A stretch of DNA of 53,328 bases, filler included, from Stramenopiles sp. TOSAG23-2 (lineage: Eukaryota), in NCBI GenBank assembly GCA_900128395.1. It is 3 parts of 3 records of this genome, joined end to end, with 100 filler letters (N's around TTAATTAATTAA, not from the genome) between each part and the next. Parts side by side here need not be neighbours in the genome. Positions count along the whole stretch, not along the records: positions 35,621 to 53,328 come from LT649632.1; 2 more parts are not named here. One strand, given 5' to 3'. Below, in pieces: positions 41,777 to 52,120 of this stretch. Within the stretch, counting starts at the first letter, position 1. Every line of letters begins with the position of its first letter. The notes under the pieces are model-generated. The model did not search any database. It was given only the letters and a program-made list of their open reading frames with translations, and was not told the DNA's origin. The position numbers were made by a program, and so were the translations under genes.

Positions 41777-42673
41777 ATGTCGTTAAATTATTATTATTAC
41801 TCGTATAAAACGGGTATTTATCAATGTGAAGTTGAACATTTTTGTAAGCGTGGTGCTTATGGTATTGATCCTGAGTTTGTTGAATGGATATTAAAGGTGC
41901 TATGGCCATCCAAAAATCAAAGAAAAAAAGATAAAAATATTAAGAAAGCCCAGGAATATGTTGATGGATTGGAAGAGGATGAAGGTATATGCTTAGCGGA
42001 CTTGATAGGAGAGGATGACCCTGATGATCCCACACCGCCAGCTGAAGATCCCTTGACTAAGGAAAATTTAGCAAACATTGGTATGAAAGGAAACCATATA
42101 AAGAAGATTGTTAGACATTTGTATATTTTTTTTTCAGAAAGCATTCAATCTAAGAATAAGTTATTTGAAAACTGCACAAAACAGTTAAAACATTATGAAA
42201 CATGGGCCACTGAATTTGATAAAGCGTTACAATCGCCGCAAAAATCTACGAAGAAACAATCTAGAAGAGTTTCATTGTATGCAGGTGAAGGAGTTTTCCC
42301 AGTAAATTTACAAAACATTTTTCGGTGTTTAAAAAATATTAATATGGGAGACTTAGGCGCAATGTACGATAATTTTAAACTCGAAGAAGACGCAGGCGGA
42401 AATACAAATATTAATAAATCAGATGCAAAAAGCGTTCAGACAGAACTAAGCCACCTTGTTGAAGATGAAGCGTCAAAAAAATATTTGTTAAACAGTCGAG
42501 AACACTTGAAGAATGCAGTAGAACTGATTTGCCCTTCATGGCGAAATCAATTAATAGATGACGGATTATACCGTATATATAGTTTAAATAACGGTTTCGG
42601 TTACTACGTAAGCAAATTTTATTTTGATCAAGTACGAGATGGAAAACTTGTAGGGTATAAAATAAAAGATTAA
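41777..42673 (+). CDS. Hypothetical protein with SAM-like motif
   Basis: 298-aa ORF; LTKENLANIGMKGNHIKKIVRHL resembles the C-terminal half of a SAM domain. Confidence 0.65.
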   Translation: MSLNYYYYSYKTGIYQCEVEHFCKRGAYGIDPEFVEWILKVLWPSKNQRKKDKNIKKAQEYVDGLEEDEGICLADLIGEDDPDDPTPPAEDPLTKENLANIGMKGNHIKKIVRHLYIFFSESIQSKNKLFENCTKQLKHYETWATEFDKALQSPQKSTKKQSRRVSLYAGEGVFPVNLQNIFRCLKNINMGDLGAMYDNFKLEEDAGGNTNINKSDAKSVQTELSHLVEDEASKKYLLNSREHLKNAVELICPSWRNQLIDDGLYRIYSLNNGFGYYVSKFYFDQVRDGKLVGYKIKD

Positions 42674-43000
42674 TATATACCACAATACGAACTTCGTACT
42701 CTAATTTTAATTTTTATACGAAACATATATATATATACGAAGCGTAATTTTTATTTTTAAAGTATTGAGCATATTATTTACCACGAGAAGTAAAGTTATA
42801 ATTGAAATAATTATTTTGATAGGAAGATCGTAATTAAGTATATCGAAGGGTTTTGTCAACGCCAAAATTGAGAGCGAAAAGATAGTTCCTCGTACTCGTA
42901 TATTAATAGCAATACACACAATGTAGCAAAAAGTAAGCTAAGAATAATGATAAAAATGGATACACTAATATATATATATATATATATACATTTGTCAATA

Positions 43001-43203
43001 CTGTGGCTAATAATATATTATTGTAGATATAATTAATTGATTTATATAGCAAAAATATACAGTGATTTTACTGTGGTTAATAATATATTGTAGATATAAT
43101 TAATTGATTTATATAGTAAAAATATACAGTGATTTTACTGTGGTTAATAATATATTGTAGATATAATTAATTGATTTATATTGCAAAAATATACAGTGAT
43201 TTT
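43001..43203. repeat. Tandem minisatellite, 3 copies of about 67 bp, ending about 20 nt before the RBR start codon
   Basis: Units start CTGTGG(C/T)TAATAATATATT at 43001, 43071 and 43138. Confidence 0.92.
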
Positions 43204-43222
43204 CTGTCATATTGTATAAAAG

Positions 43223-46200
43223 ATGGAAGGTCACAATAATAACAATCACCGGAATAAAAAAAATTTAGCAATCAAAACACAAGATTTATTATTGCCACAA
43301 AAAGATGAACAAGAAACTATTTTTAATCCAAGAGATGAAACACGTATGCTTACTATGGAAGGAAAAAATGAAGAAGAAGTTTTACAAATTATGACAGAGC
43401 GTATTAATATGCTAAGTCAAAGAAAAGAGGAAAGCAGAAGGGCAAGTTTTAAATCGACTAGATTATTTATGGTAAAAATGACATTTCAAAAGGTTAAAAA
43501 GGAATATGAAAAAATCGAAGAAGAAAAAAAATCTTATGAAAATAATAATGTGACCCTAACAAATAATAGTTCTAGGCCTGTACCATTAAGACGTTCGCAA
43601 TCAGAAGAACTAGCAAACACTTTCAGCGTCGATAGGGAAATGGCAAGAGAGGAAATAAAAAACGCCGACGGCAATTTCAGTCTGGCTGGACAAGCATTGT
43701 TAAAAAAAGCCCTGTCTTTAAATACTATGAAGAATGCAGAAAGAATGAGGGTACAAGACTGTGCTAATTGTCATACCAACCTGGCAACTGTTGTTAATTT
43801 ACCCTGCGGGCATGTACTGTATTGCGAAGAATGCCATAAAGATAAATTTTTAAAACGATACGACGAAAAAAATCGTACCCATGTATGTCCAGTATGTTTC
43901 GATCCAACGACAGGTAGTAAAATTATTGGATCGACTAAAATATGTTGTGCAATATGTCAAACAAACGTAGGAGGTAGTTATTTAATTACCACGAATGAAA
44001 AATGTATGCATAGGATCTGTATATGTTGTGCTGTTGAAAAATTTAGGAGATCGTTAGACGAAAGGCTAGGAAATATAGTGAAAGGTGGTTTGTTATGCCG
44101 CATACGTTTAGACGATAAGCTTATGTCCCCAAGAAATTCAGCTTGCCAACAGAAAATGGGCATAAGTAAAATAAAAGAATTACAAAAACTTTCAAACGTA
44201 TTACATACCATACTTAAACGTGATGAAAATGATACTGAAGATGAAAAGAAACGAGATGTACAAAAACATCGCCATGCAATGGAAATATCTGAAAGAAGAT
44301 CTTCATGGAATTGTGATGGTTGTGGAGAAAGGGTGGGGGGGGGGTTGTTTGGTGGTTCCAGTTATTCTGGAAGCAGATATCGTTGTGTTGCGGGTTGTGA
44401 CTTTGATTATTGCGAAAAATGTTACAAAGCAGCATACTCGATGAAAGTTCCTACAACAATAAATAAGTACTTCAATGATCCAATTGGTAAAGAGTTTCAA
44501 GAACGATGTAGTGATGGTTTTGCGCCAATTAAAGATGCTGAAGTAGAAAAGTTTGAGGGTTTTCTCGAGGAGGAAGAAATTGATGTGGAGGAGCGAGCCT
44601 TTTGCCCGGAATGCACAAGGCCCAATCGAATTATAGCTCTTTGGAGAAAAAAGACAAAAGAAGTACGGGAAAACAATTTAGACCCTCCTACTATTAATCA
44701 TGTATCAACTGTGGAACGTGTTGGTCCTCTTGCCTTTGAATATTTAGATTCAGAGGATAATGAAATGTGTATTATGATAAATGATAATTTTACATGTGAT
44801 TGCTATTTAAACGGCGAATTAATATTAACGGATTGTACGATAACGAAAGAGAAAAAAAATACCAACAGTACCGACTTGCCAACGTTATTGGATCCGTTAA
44901 TGCTGAAAATGGAAGGAAAGTCAAATCCAGATGTTTCCAAAAGTGTATACGGTCGGACAACTAGTTTTCCTGTTGGGTACTTAAGCTTTGAATTTCGAAT
45001 CGTTAAGAGTCAATACGCAAGAATTGATAGGGTGGAAGACGAGGCAAAACATGGAAAGTTGCTTGGACAATATATAACACATGTGAATGGGAAACCAATT
45101 CCGTCAAATGAAACAGAAGATAAGAATCAGTTTCAATACAAAAGCGAAATTATGGAATGGTTAAGAAGCTTCTATGCACCTACTGGCAGTGAATCGAGGG
45201 AGAAAAAAAACGTTTTCAATGTTACCTGTTTTGAGCCTGGCGTGTATGAAAAATTAAAAGCCGGTAGTAGCCAGAATACGAAGTACTTTTCTACTCCTAA
45301 AGATCAAGTTCAGCAGCCTCTTTTTGGTGAAACAATAAAAAAAAAACTTGATGCAATTGAGAGGAATGAAATCAAATTCGAAACTAATAAGGGAAATAAG
45401 GTCATAGTTCGCATTAGCGCATTCACTTGTAGACTTGATTTCATCGTCAATGGCAAACCGTGTCTAACAAGTTTGGAAAGTTGTACTATTAATCAAAGCG
45501 ATGGGGAATTACGCATGAGGAATATGTCGGGCAAACGTCAGACTACTGTCCCGAAAAATAACCCCAAAGCAACAGCAGATGCCGTTTTGAAATTATTTCA
45601 CGAAACAGAAATTGTAAGGGCCGGGACAGTCGGAGAAGTAATGCAGTTTATGGAAATTATTGAACCACATATGTGTACACATTGTTCTAAAGGCAAAATA
45701 TGCAAGAAATGTAAAAAGCCATATCATCTTGGAATGACATGCAAACAATTTAAAGAATTTCAAGAAAGTGATCAAGGAAAGGTTATATTATTAACTACCA
45801 AACCCTGTCCACAGTGCTATACACGCACTACTAAATATCATGGACATGGATGCCATCATATCGGATATGGAACTGGTGGGTGCGTAAACTGTAAATACCA
45901 TTGGTGCTACGTTTGCGGTGGGAAGTTTGATGAATGTGGATGCAAATTTCAAGGATCATCGTCTTGTCACAGTAGGGATATTAAAAATAACCTTGATCCA
46001 AATAAAACCGATTGGCCAACTGATAAACGATGCGGATGTCAAATATGCCCAGATTGCAAGCCTGGTAAAAAATGCCCTTCGTGTGACGGTAGTTGCGTAA
46101 TATGCAGAGGACAAGTTACCAAAGAATTTCTAGCTGAAAAATATCCAATGTACAAAGAAACTGCATTTCCTACACAAGATGGATTTATTACTGCGTTATC

Positions 46201-48175
46201 GGATACCACGAACTGGAAAACAACTACAGATTTCGGTCATATAAAACGTTTATGTGGTGGAGATCCAAAAGCATTAATAACTCCAATTAAAAATGGTAAT
46301 GAAAAAATAAATGGCAAAACTCCAATGCATTTAGCTATTGAGTATGGTCTTAAATCCAGTTTGCTATTTGAGATGTTATCACATGCAACCATTGGTACGA
46401 TGGCCATGGTAGAAAAACTAAAAATTAAAGATAACGATGGAAGAAATTTAATGCACATGGCATCTCTAAGAAATTTTAAGTCCATTTACTTGGAAGAAGA
46501 TGTGAAAAAAGACAATTCAGAGTCATCAAAGGATAGCGTTGAAGATAACGCTAAGCAGCAAAAAATTAAAACCTTGTTGGATGAAAAACAATTTAATGCC
46601 GAAACTCTTACAATCATTCAAATGTTATCAACAACTTGTAATGCATGGTTACAGGAAGAGGATAATTTTGGAAAAATTCCATATGACTATTCCATGGATA
46701 GTGCTACTGATATACGAGACAAATTTAAAGCAATCATGCCTAGCTTCACGGCAACTTTAACTGCAACTAAAGATAAACCATTAGGGCTTAAAATCGATAA
46801 ATATTATCAAATTATTGAAATACTTAATGATGCACTTCCATCCAATATTAAAGTTGGTATGTATATAACACATGCAAATGGAGTAGGCGTAAAACTCCAA
46901 AATGCAAGAGGGGATTTTTCTAAGATGATAAAAAGCATTAGAAAATCTGATGGCTCAATTGATTTGGCATTTTCTTTTAAAGCAGCGCCTGAAATAGCGA
47001 CGAAAATGAAAGAGTTGAAAGCCCTAGTCAATAAACGTGTTAGCGTTCAATGGAAAGAGGAAGGAACTAATAAATTGGAATGGTACGAGGGAACGATAAT
47101 TTCATATGACGAGAAGAAAATCACTGACACGATCACTTCATACGATGGTGCAGAATTCAAGGTGAAGTACGATGATGGAGATGTTCGGAGCTACGATTTT
47201 TCCACTAGGGATCCGACAACGTTTAAAATTTTAGATGCATCTCCAGAAAAAAAGACCAACTGGTTTGAGAAGAGTAGTAAGTTGTTTGGGATAAAAAATA
47301 GTAAAAATACAGCTTGGAGTGCAAACAGAAAAAAGAATGGGCGTAGAAGAATAAAAATACGTAGCACAGGAAAGAGAAGTGGGGTAGGAACTTCTGCTCA
47401 TCGTGGAGTTACTGCTTCAATACTGTCATCCAACACGTCACCAGTAACTTTATTTGGAGCTGTACCTACAGCAACGAATAACAGTACAAATTCGTCGGAA
47501 ACGAGTAACGCATCGCCACCAAGTATATTTGGCGGAGTATCTACAACAACGTCCAACACATCACCAGTAACTTTATTCGGAGGAGTACCTACAGCAACGG
47601 ATAACAGTGCAAATTCGTCGGCAACGAATAATGCATCGCCACCAAACTTATTTGGCAGAGTATCTACAACAACAAATAACGTTTCAAATTCATCGGCAAC
47701 GACCACATTTAGTAATGCATCACCTGTACCTTTTTTTGGAGCAAGTTCCAACTCGAACAACAGCAATTTTGTCTTTGGAACACAAAATACTTCATTATTT
47801 TCAACACCACCTGCTGCAAATGGGGCAACAACAACAACAGCTAGTATTGGTAGTGTTGGTGGTGGATTATTTGGTGTTGGTGGCGGAAGAAAACCAGCAG
47901 GTATTGGTGGTGGATTATTTGGTGGTGGTGGCGGCGCAAAATCAACAGGTATTGGTGGAGGCAACTTGTTTGCTACTGCTATGAGCGGTGGAAAATTTTC
48001 ATTTGGGGTCCCAAGCAATGTTGATACTACCAATACAAATGGAGTGGGTATATTTTCATTTGGGCCTACATCTACTACTAATGATAAAGTTGATGACTCT
48101 GTTAAGGCAAGTGGTAATAATACAGACGACGATGATGCACAGTCTACTATATCTAGTAATGTGAGTGATTTGTGA
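43223..48175 (+). CDS. Multidomain RBR E3 ubiquitin ligase: RING-HC, RING1, ZZ, split IBR, RING2/Rcat, Cys-rich module, ankyrin-like, PDZ-like, Tudor-like, FG-rich tail
   Basis: CANC..LPCGH..CEEC..CPVC; WNCDGC..YRCVAGCDFDYCEKC; CKKCKKPYHLGMTC; TKPCPQC..GCHHI..CKYHWCYVC; GKTPMHLA; KPLGLKI..VGMYITHANG; WYEGTI..VKYDDGD; repeated LFG. Confidence 0.85.
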   Translation: MEGHNNNNHRNKKNLAIKTQDLLLPQKDEQETIFNPRDETRMLTMEGKNEEEVLQIMTERINMLSQRKEESRRASFKSTRLFMVKMTFQKVKKEYEKIEEEKKSYENNNVTLTNNSSRPVPLRRSQSEELANTFSVDREMAREEIKNADGNFSLAGQALLKKALSLNTMKNAERMRVQDCANCHTNLATVVNLPCGHVLYCEECHKDKFLKRYDEKNRTHVCPVCFDPTTGSKIIGSTKICCAICQTNVGGSYLITTNEKCMHRICICCAVEKFRRSLDERLGNIVKGGLLCRIRLDDKLMSPRNSACQQKMGISKIKELQKLSNVLHTILKRDENDTEDEKKRDVQKHRHAMEISERRSSWNCDGCGERVGGGLFGGSSYSGSRYRCVAGCDFDYCEKCYKAAYSMKVPTTINKYFNDPIGKEFQERCSDGFAPIKDAEVEKFEGFLEEEEIDVEERAFCPECTRPNRIIALWRKKTKEVRENNLDPPTINHVSTVERVGPLAFEYLDSEDNEMCIMINDNFTCDCYLNGELILTDCTITKEKKNTNSTDLPTLLDPLMLKMEGKSNPDVSKSVYGRTTSFPVGYLSFEFRIVKSQYARIDRVEDEAKHGKLLGQYITHVNGKPIPSNETEDKNQFQYKSEIMEWLRSFYAPTGSESREKKNVFNVTCFEPGVYEKLKAGSSQNTKYFSTPKDQVQQPLFGETIKKKLDAIERNEIKFETNKGNKVIVRISAFTCRLDFIVNGKPCLTSLESCTINQSDGELRMRNMSGKRQTTVPKNNPKATADAVLKLFHETEIVRAGTVGEVMQFMEIIEPHMCTHCSKGKICKKCKKPYHLGMTCKQFKEFQESDQGKVILLTTKPCPQCYTRTTKYHGHGCHHIGYGTGGCVNCKYHWCYVCGGKFDECGCKFQGSSSCHSRDIKNNLDPNKTDWPTDKRCGCQICPDCKPGKKCPSCDGSCVICRGQVTKEFLAEKYPMYKETAFPTQDGFITALSDTTNWKTTTDFGHIKRLCGGDPKALITPIKNGNEKINGKTPMHLAIEYGLKSSLLFEMLSHATIGTMAMVEKLKIKDNDGRNLMHMASLRNFKSIYLEEDVKKDNSESSKDSVEDNAKQQKIKTLLDEKQFNAETLTIIQMLSTTCNAWLQEEDNFGKIPYDYSMDSATDIRDKFKAIMPSFTATLTATKDKPLGLKIDKYYQIIEILNDALPSNIKVGMYITHANGVGVKLQNARGDFSKMIKSIRKSDGSIDLAFSFKAAPEIATKMKELKALVNKRVSVQWKEEGTNKLEWYEGTIISYDEKKITDTITSYDGAEFKVKYDDGDVRSYDFSTRDPTTFKILDASPEKKTNWFEKSSKLFGIKNSKNTAWSANRKKNGRRRIKIRSTGKRSGVGTSAHRGVTASILSSNTSPVTLFGAVPTATNNSTNSSETSNASPPSIFGGVSTTTSNTSPVTLFGGVPTATDNSANSSATNNASPPNLFGRVSTTTNNVSNSSATTTFSNASPVPFFGASSNSNNSNFVFGTQNTSLFSTPPAANGATTTTASIGSVGGGLFGVGGGRKPAGIGGGLFGGGGGAKSTGIGGGNLFATAMSGGKFSFGVPSNVDTTNTNGVGIFSFGPTSTTNDKVDDSVKASGNNTDDDDAQSTISSNVSDL
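47429..47674 (+). repeat. In-frame 123-bp (41-aa) tandem repeat, 2 copies, in the RBR tail
   Basis: SNTSPVTLFG.VPTAT.NS.NSS.T.NASPP..FG.VSTTT twice. Confidence 0.9.
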
Positions 48176-48676
48176 GTCTCCCAATATGTAAAAGGCCAAA
48201 ATATATATTTTTTATATAAAAAATAAAAAAAATTTTTAAGTAATTTTTCATATTTATATATAACTGTGAACTGTGACGATAGTTGTTTCCATCTTTCCTC
48301 CTCTCCTCCTAGCGCTATCCCCCTACTATACTATGCGTCTCCAGCGCTATTGATATGCTATAGTGTACATAGACGTTTTACATTTCTCTTTCGCGCAACT
48401 TATGCACTGCATTTCTTCGGATCAATTAGCAAGGGGATACTATTATCTAAAAAACGGCATATGATAACATCTGATTACCACACGCGATCTTCATTACAAC
48501 AGCAAATATATATGATATATACATATATTAATAGAATGGTTAGATATCAATCAAGAACATCCTCTACATTTATACATGTTATAAGAAATAAAACACATCT
48601 TGTTACAATATTAAATTATATATAAAAAGTGTGCACATTTATATTTATATATATATATAAATATAAATAAATAAAC

Positions 48677-49213
48677 ATGGAAGAGGAAAAGAAAATGGAT
48701 GTGAATGTGAATGATACGAATGGTGAGATAAGAAAACCAGGCGAAGGGCCAATTAGTAAAACCAAATCCATGAGAAGAGAATTAACATCAATATTACAAG
48801 ATCATAATGATGGGCAATTAATGGATGATGTGTTAGGTAAATCAGCAAATACGAACACTGTGAGTAAATTAATTAAGACGAAAACTGCAAGTTGTGCAAC
48901 AAGTTGAAAGAGTGATGTTCAAGGAATGCCACAATGGACAAGGAAAGAGACATGGAAACGTGGTGATCCAAGAAACGGAGTTATGTATGGTGAAGGTTTA
49001 CGTCCATGTTTTACCAATTGTAATCAAGACGATGAAACACCAGTTGATGGTTTACCAAATAAAAAAGAAATCTTTCGTTCACCATTGGCACCTGGTAGAG
49101 CAAAAGGAATATTGCAAGCTAATGGTATTGTTGCTGCAACACCTGAAGATACATATCAACGTGTATTAAATCATGCAAGTGAACTTGCATCAAGAAGTAA
49201 TAATATGCAGTAA
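48677..49213 (+). CDS. Hypothetical protein with one in-frame TGA at 48905-48907 (Sec, readthrough, small intron or nonsense mutation)
   Basis: ORFs 48677-48907 and 48926-49213 are in the same frame, linked by TGA AAG AGT GAT GTT CAA GGA. Confidence 0.6.
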
Positions 49214-49305
49214 TTGAGCATAAGAAGTACGAAGTTCGTAAATAAAATTAAATTTTTATTCTCTACAAATTTGTACGATATATGATATACGAAATGTACT
49301 TTGTA

Positions 49306-50040
49306 CTATAAACCATTGTTACCAACATCATCTTCCTTCTTCTTCGTCACTTCATCACTCTTCTTCATTTTCTTGACGCTAACAACTTCTTCTTCTTCGT
49401 CAATTTGTTTACGTTTTTTTTTCTTTTCCTTTTTCAATTTTTTTTTCTCTTTCTTTAATTTCTTTTTCTCTTTCTTTTTTTGTTTTTTTAATTTTTTCTT
49501 TTCTTTCTTTAATTGTTTTTTCATCTTTTTTTTCATTTTTTTCTTACGTTTGCGCCCAGCTATCACTGCTTCATCTTCAGATTCAGATTCAGACGATGAC
49601 GAAGAGGAAGCAGATATTGAATTATTACCAGATGATAATTCTTCTTCATCCTCTTCATCAGAACTATTGTAATTATCATTATCATTATTATCACCACTAC
49701 CAACATTCATGTAACTATTAATATCATCATAACAGGCAGCAACAGAAAAAGTGCCTTTCAATGGCTTTTTCCCTCGCCAGCTTCTACCTGTATTATCATC
49801 ATTCATACCCCCAGTCCCTCTAGATTTAGCTACTAAACGTGATAAATTTTTAAATTCCTCTGACTCCCCACCGCCATGTAATGCTTGAACACTAATATCT
49901 AAATCATGGACAATATTAGCATGTGGGTCATGTCCAATTGTTTTACTCCACATATTATTTGTTTGCAATGTTTTGCTAGTATTGTATCGCTTATTTTTTT
50001 TGTACAGTTCAGCATCTTTCGCTGATATTTTTTTCGACAT
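49306..50040 (-). CDS. CXIP4 (CAX-interacting protein 4)-like Lys/Ser/acid-rich nuclear protein, no zinc knuckle
   Basis: NNMWSKTIGHDPHA resembles the CXIP4 N-terminal motif; Ser/Glu tract then poly-Lys. Confidence 0.55.
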   Translation of the reverse strand: MSKKISAKDAELYKKNKRYNTSKTLQTNNMWSKTIGHDPHANIVHDLDISVQALHGGGESEEFKNLSRLVAKSRGTGGMNDDNTGRSWRGKKPLKGTFSVAACYDDINSYMNVGSGDNNDNDNYNSSDEEDEEELSSGNNSISASSSSSSESESEDEAVIAGRKRKKKMKKKMKKQLKKEKKKLKKQKKKEKKKLKKEKKKLKKEKKKKRKQIDEEEEVVSVKKMKKSDEVTKKKEDDVGNNGL

Positions 50041-50264
50041 CGTTCTATTTACCCTTTTGTTAATATGTTTCTATTTTTGATATATATGTGTATAGATATT
50101 TTGTGTGAATTGTATATTATTCTCTTATTATGTATTTATATTTTGTTTTTGTTATTCAAACTAAAACATTCAAACGTTTGGCTTTGTAAAATTAATAATA
50201 GAAAGAAAAAATAATACGAGGGAAGAAATTATATATATATAATCAATAGAAAAAGCAATAAAAC

Positions 50265-51011
50265 ATGTTGCGTCAAATCATTCATAAAGTATCTAAACGT
50301 AAGATATTCTTACAACATACGTCGCATCATCCTCGATATATTTCAACAACAACATGTTTTTCGAAAAAATATACTAATGTTGTAAATAAATTAAAATATC
50401 ATATAAATGTAATAAATTTTAATAATAATAGTAATTTAAATCATTTGAAATATCATCATGAACAACAAGCATATTTTTCTACGAAAAGACGTTTTGGAAG
50501 AAGACGAGAAAAAAGAGAATCTAAATTATCAACAACAGATGGAAATAACAACATCGATAACAATAATATAACAACGAATGAAAAAAATAATGATGAGGAG
50601 GATGAACCTATTGATACTTCGAATAATAAAACATTACCTTTACATGATGCAGCTGAAATGGGTAATTATGATAAAATTGTACATTTAATAAAAGAACGAG
50701 GTATAGATGTAAATATGAAAGATGCAGCACGTTCAAATGCAACAGCTTTGCACATTGCATCTCGTAGTGGACATCTAGATATAGTCAAGTTTTTATCTGA
50801 ATCAGGTGCAGATTTAAATGCGAAAGGTCCATGGGATATGACACCATTGATGTATGGAATTATCTTTCATCGTCTTGAAATAGTGAAATATTTATTGGGA
50901 AACAATGTTGATGCAACAGTGGAAGATAATCGTGGAAGAACAGCTTTAATACATGCTGTCAATGAACGACAAGAGGAAATGGAAAGGTTATTACGACATT
51001 ATTTAAATTAG
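50265..51011 (+). CDS. Ankyrin-repeat protein with probable mitochondrial presequence
   Basis: LPLHDAA, TALHIAS, TPLMYG, TALIHA; basic N-terminus. Confidence 0.9.
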   Translation: MLRQIIHKVSKRKIFLQHTSHHPRYISTTTCFSKKYTNVVNKLKYHINVINFNNNSNLNHLKYHHEQQAYFSTKRRFGRRREKRESKLSTTDGNNNIDNNNITTNEKNNDEEDEPIDTSNNKTLPLHDAAEMGNYDKIVHLIKERGIDVNMKDAARSNATALHIASRSGHLDIVKFLSESGADLNAKGPWDMTPLMYGIIFHRLEIVKYLLGNNVDATVEDNRGRTALIHAVNERQEEMERLLRHYLN

Positions 51012-51249
51012 ATTGTATACATTTTGAAAAGATATTACTGTTCTAGATTTTATATATATATTTGTGTTTTTGTTGTTTGTTGTTTACACCACTTTTTGTC
51101 GTCTCTTCTTTTGCCTTTCATTACCATCTTAATTTTTTTTGAAAAAGTGAATGTGAAAAGAAACAAACAGACTCAAACATATATAATATAAACAAGCGAT
51201 GTGCGATGCGGAGTAAAAAACCAAAATATCGAATTCGTAAATATTTTTT

Positions 51250-52056
51250 TTAATGATTTAAATCACCATTACCTTTTCCTACATATCTACCATTTTCATT
51301 ATAATAATTTGCTTTTCCACCTTTTGAACGTATAAGATCAATGATCTTTTGTTTAATTGGACTACGATTATAAAGATATGCACAGTCCAGGGGAGTGGAT
51401 CCGTACACGGCCTCCTTCTTATTAATGCTACCAAGAGACATATTAGTTAGTAACAACTCAGTCAACTTAGTATTCGTTCTGTTCGTCCATGCTGCCCAAT
51501 GTAATGCATTAAATCCAACGCTAGTTGCAATATTAGGATCAGCTTCACTGTGTTCAATCAAATATTGAACTACTTGGAAATGTTCTCCAAATGCAGCTGC
51601 AATTAAAGGTGTACATTCATAACCATAACTATCTTTACCTAATTGATTCACGTATTCTTTCAATGTCATATCGTGGTCATTCACACCTTTCATACGAATA
51701 TAATATTTATGAAAAGGATGAAGATTCACAAATAATTGTACATCATACATACGTCCTTTTTCACATGCATATACAAATGGCGATCCATCTTTAAATTCTC
51801 TTTTATATCGTCTATGCAATTCAAATAATTGTGTTGTTTTTGTAATTTTCTCAATACATTTCTGATATGTTTTTTCTCCATCACCTTGATCCAATTGTTT
51901 CACGAAAGAGGACTCCAAAAAGTTTAAGATTGATTTCGCATTTAAATATGATGTAATATGTTCAAACAATCCATATATACCACATACGCTATATATATTA
52001 ATCTCTTCCTCTGCCATCGTTTCCGTAGTATATTGTTGCTGCTGTTTTATTTCCAT
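51250..52056 (-). CDS. Ankyrin-repeat protein with possible F-box-like N-terminus, tandem paralog 1
   Basis: SPFVYACEKG, TPLIAAA, NALHWAA, TPLDCA; GLFEHITSYLNAKSILNF near the N-terminus. Confidence 0.88.
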   Translation of the reverse strand: MEIKQQQQYTTETMAEEEINIYSVCGIYGLFEHITSYLNAKSILNFLESSFVKQLDQGDGEKTYQKCIEKITKTTQLFELHRRYKREFKDGSPFVYACEKGRMYDVQLFVNLHPFHKYYIRMKGVNDHDMTLKEYVNQLGKDSYGYECTPLIAAAFGEHFQVVQYLIEHSEADPNIATSVGFNALHWAAWTNRTNTKLTELLLTNMSLGSINKKEAVYGSTPLDCAYLYNRSPIKQKIIDLIRSKGGKANYYNENGRYVGKGNGDLNH

Positions 52057-52120
52057 AACGGATGTCTTTGCATTTTTATATTTTTATACCTATCTATATC
52101 TGTATATGGTTGTTTTTGTA

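Noticed and set aside
43001-43203. Possible CRISPR array (also 52121-52328 and 38582-38745)
   Set aside because: Contiguous tandem units with no unique spacers, no cas genes, eukaryotic context.
47398-48033. 211-aa Pro-rich antisense ORF
   Set aside because: Mirror of the Gly/Thr-rich repetitive RBR tail.
49214-49300. SECIS-like stem after the TGA-containing gene
   Set aside because: A GTACGAA/TTTGTAC pairing exists, but helix II is broken and the apical loop is too long to call a SECIS by eye.
49301-49672. Phe-rich ORF resembling a membrane protein
   Set aside because: Antisense of the poly-Lys tract of the CXIP4-like gene.
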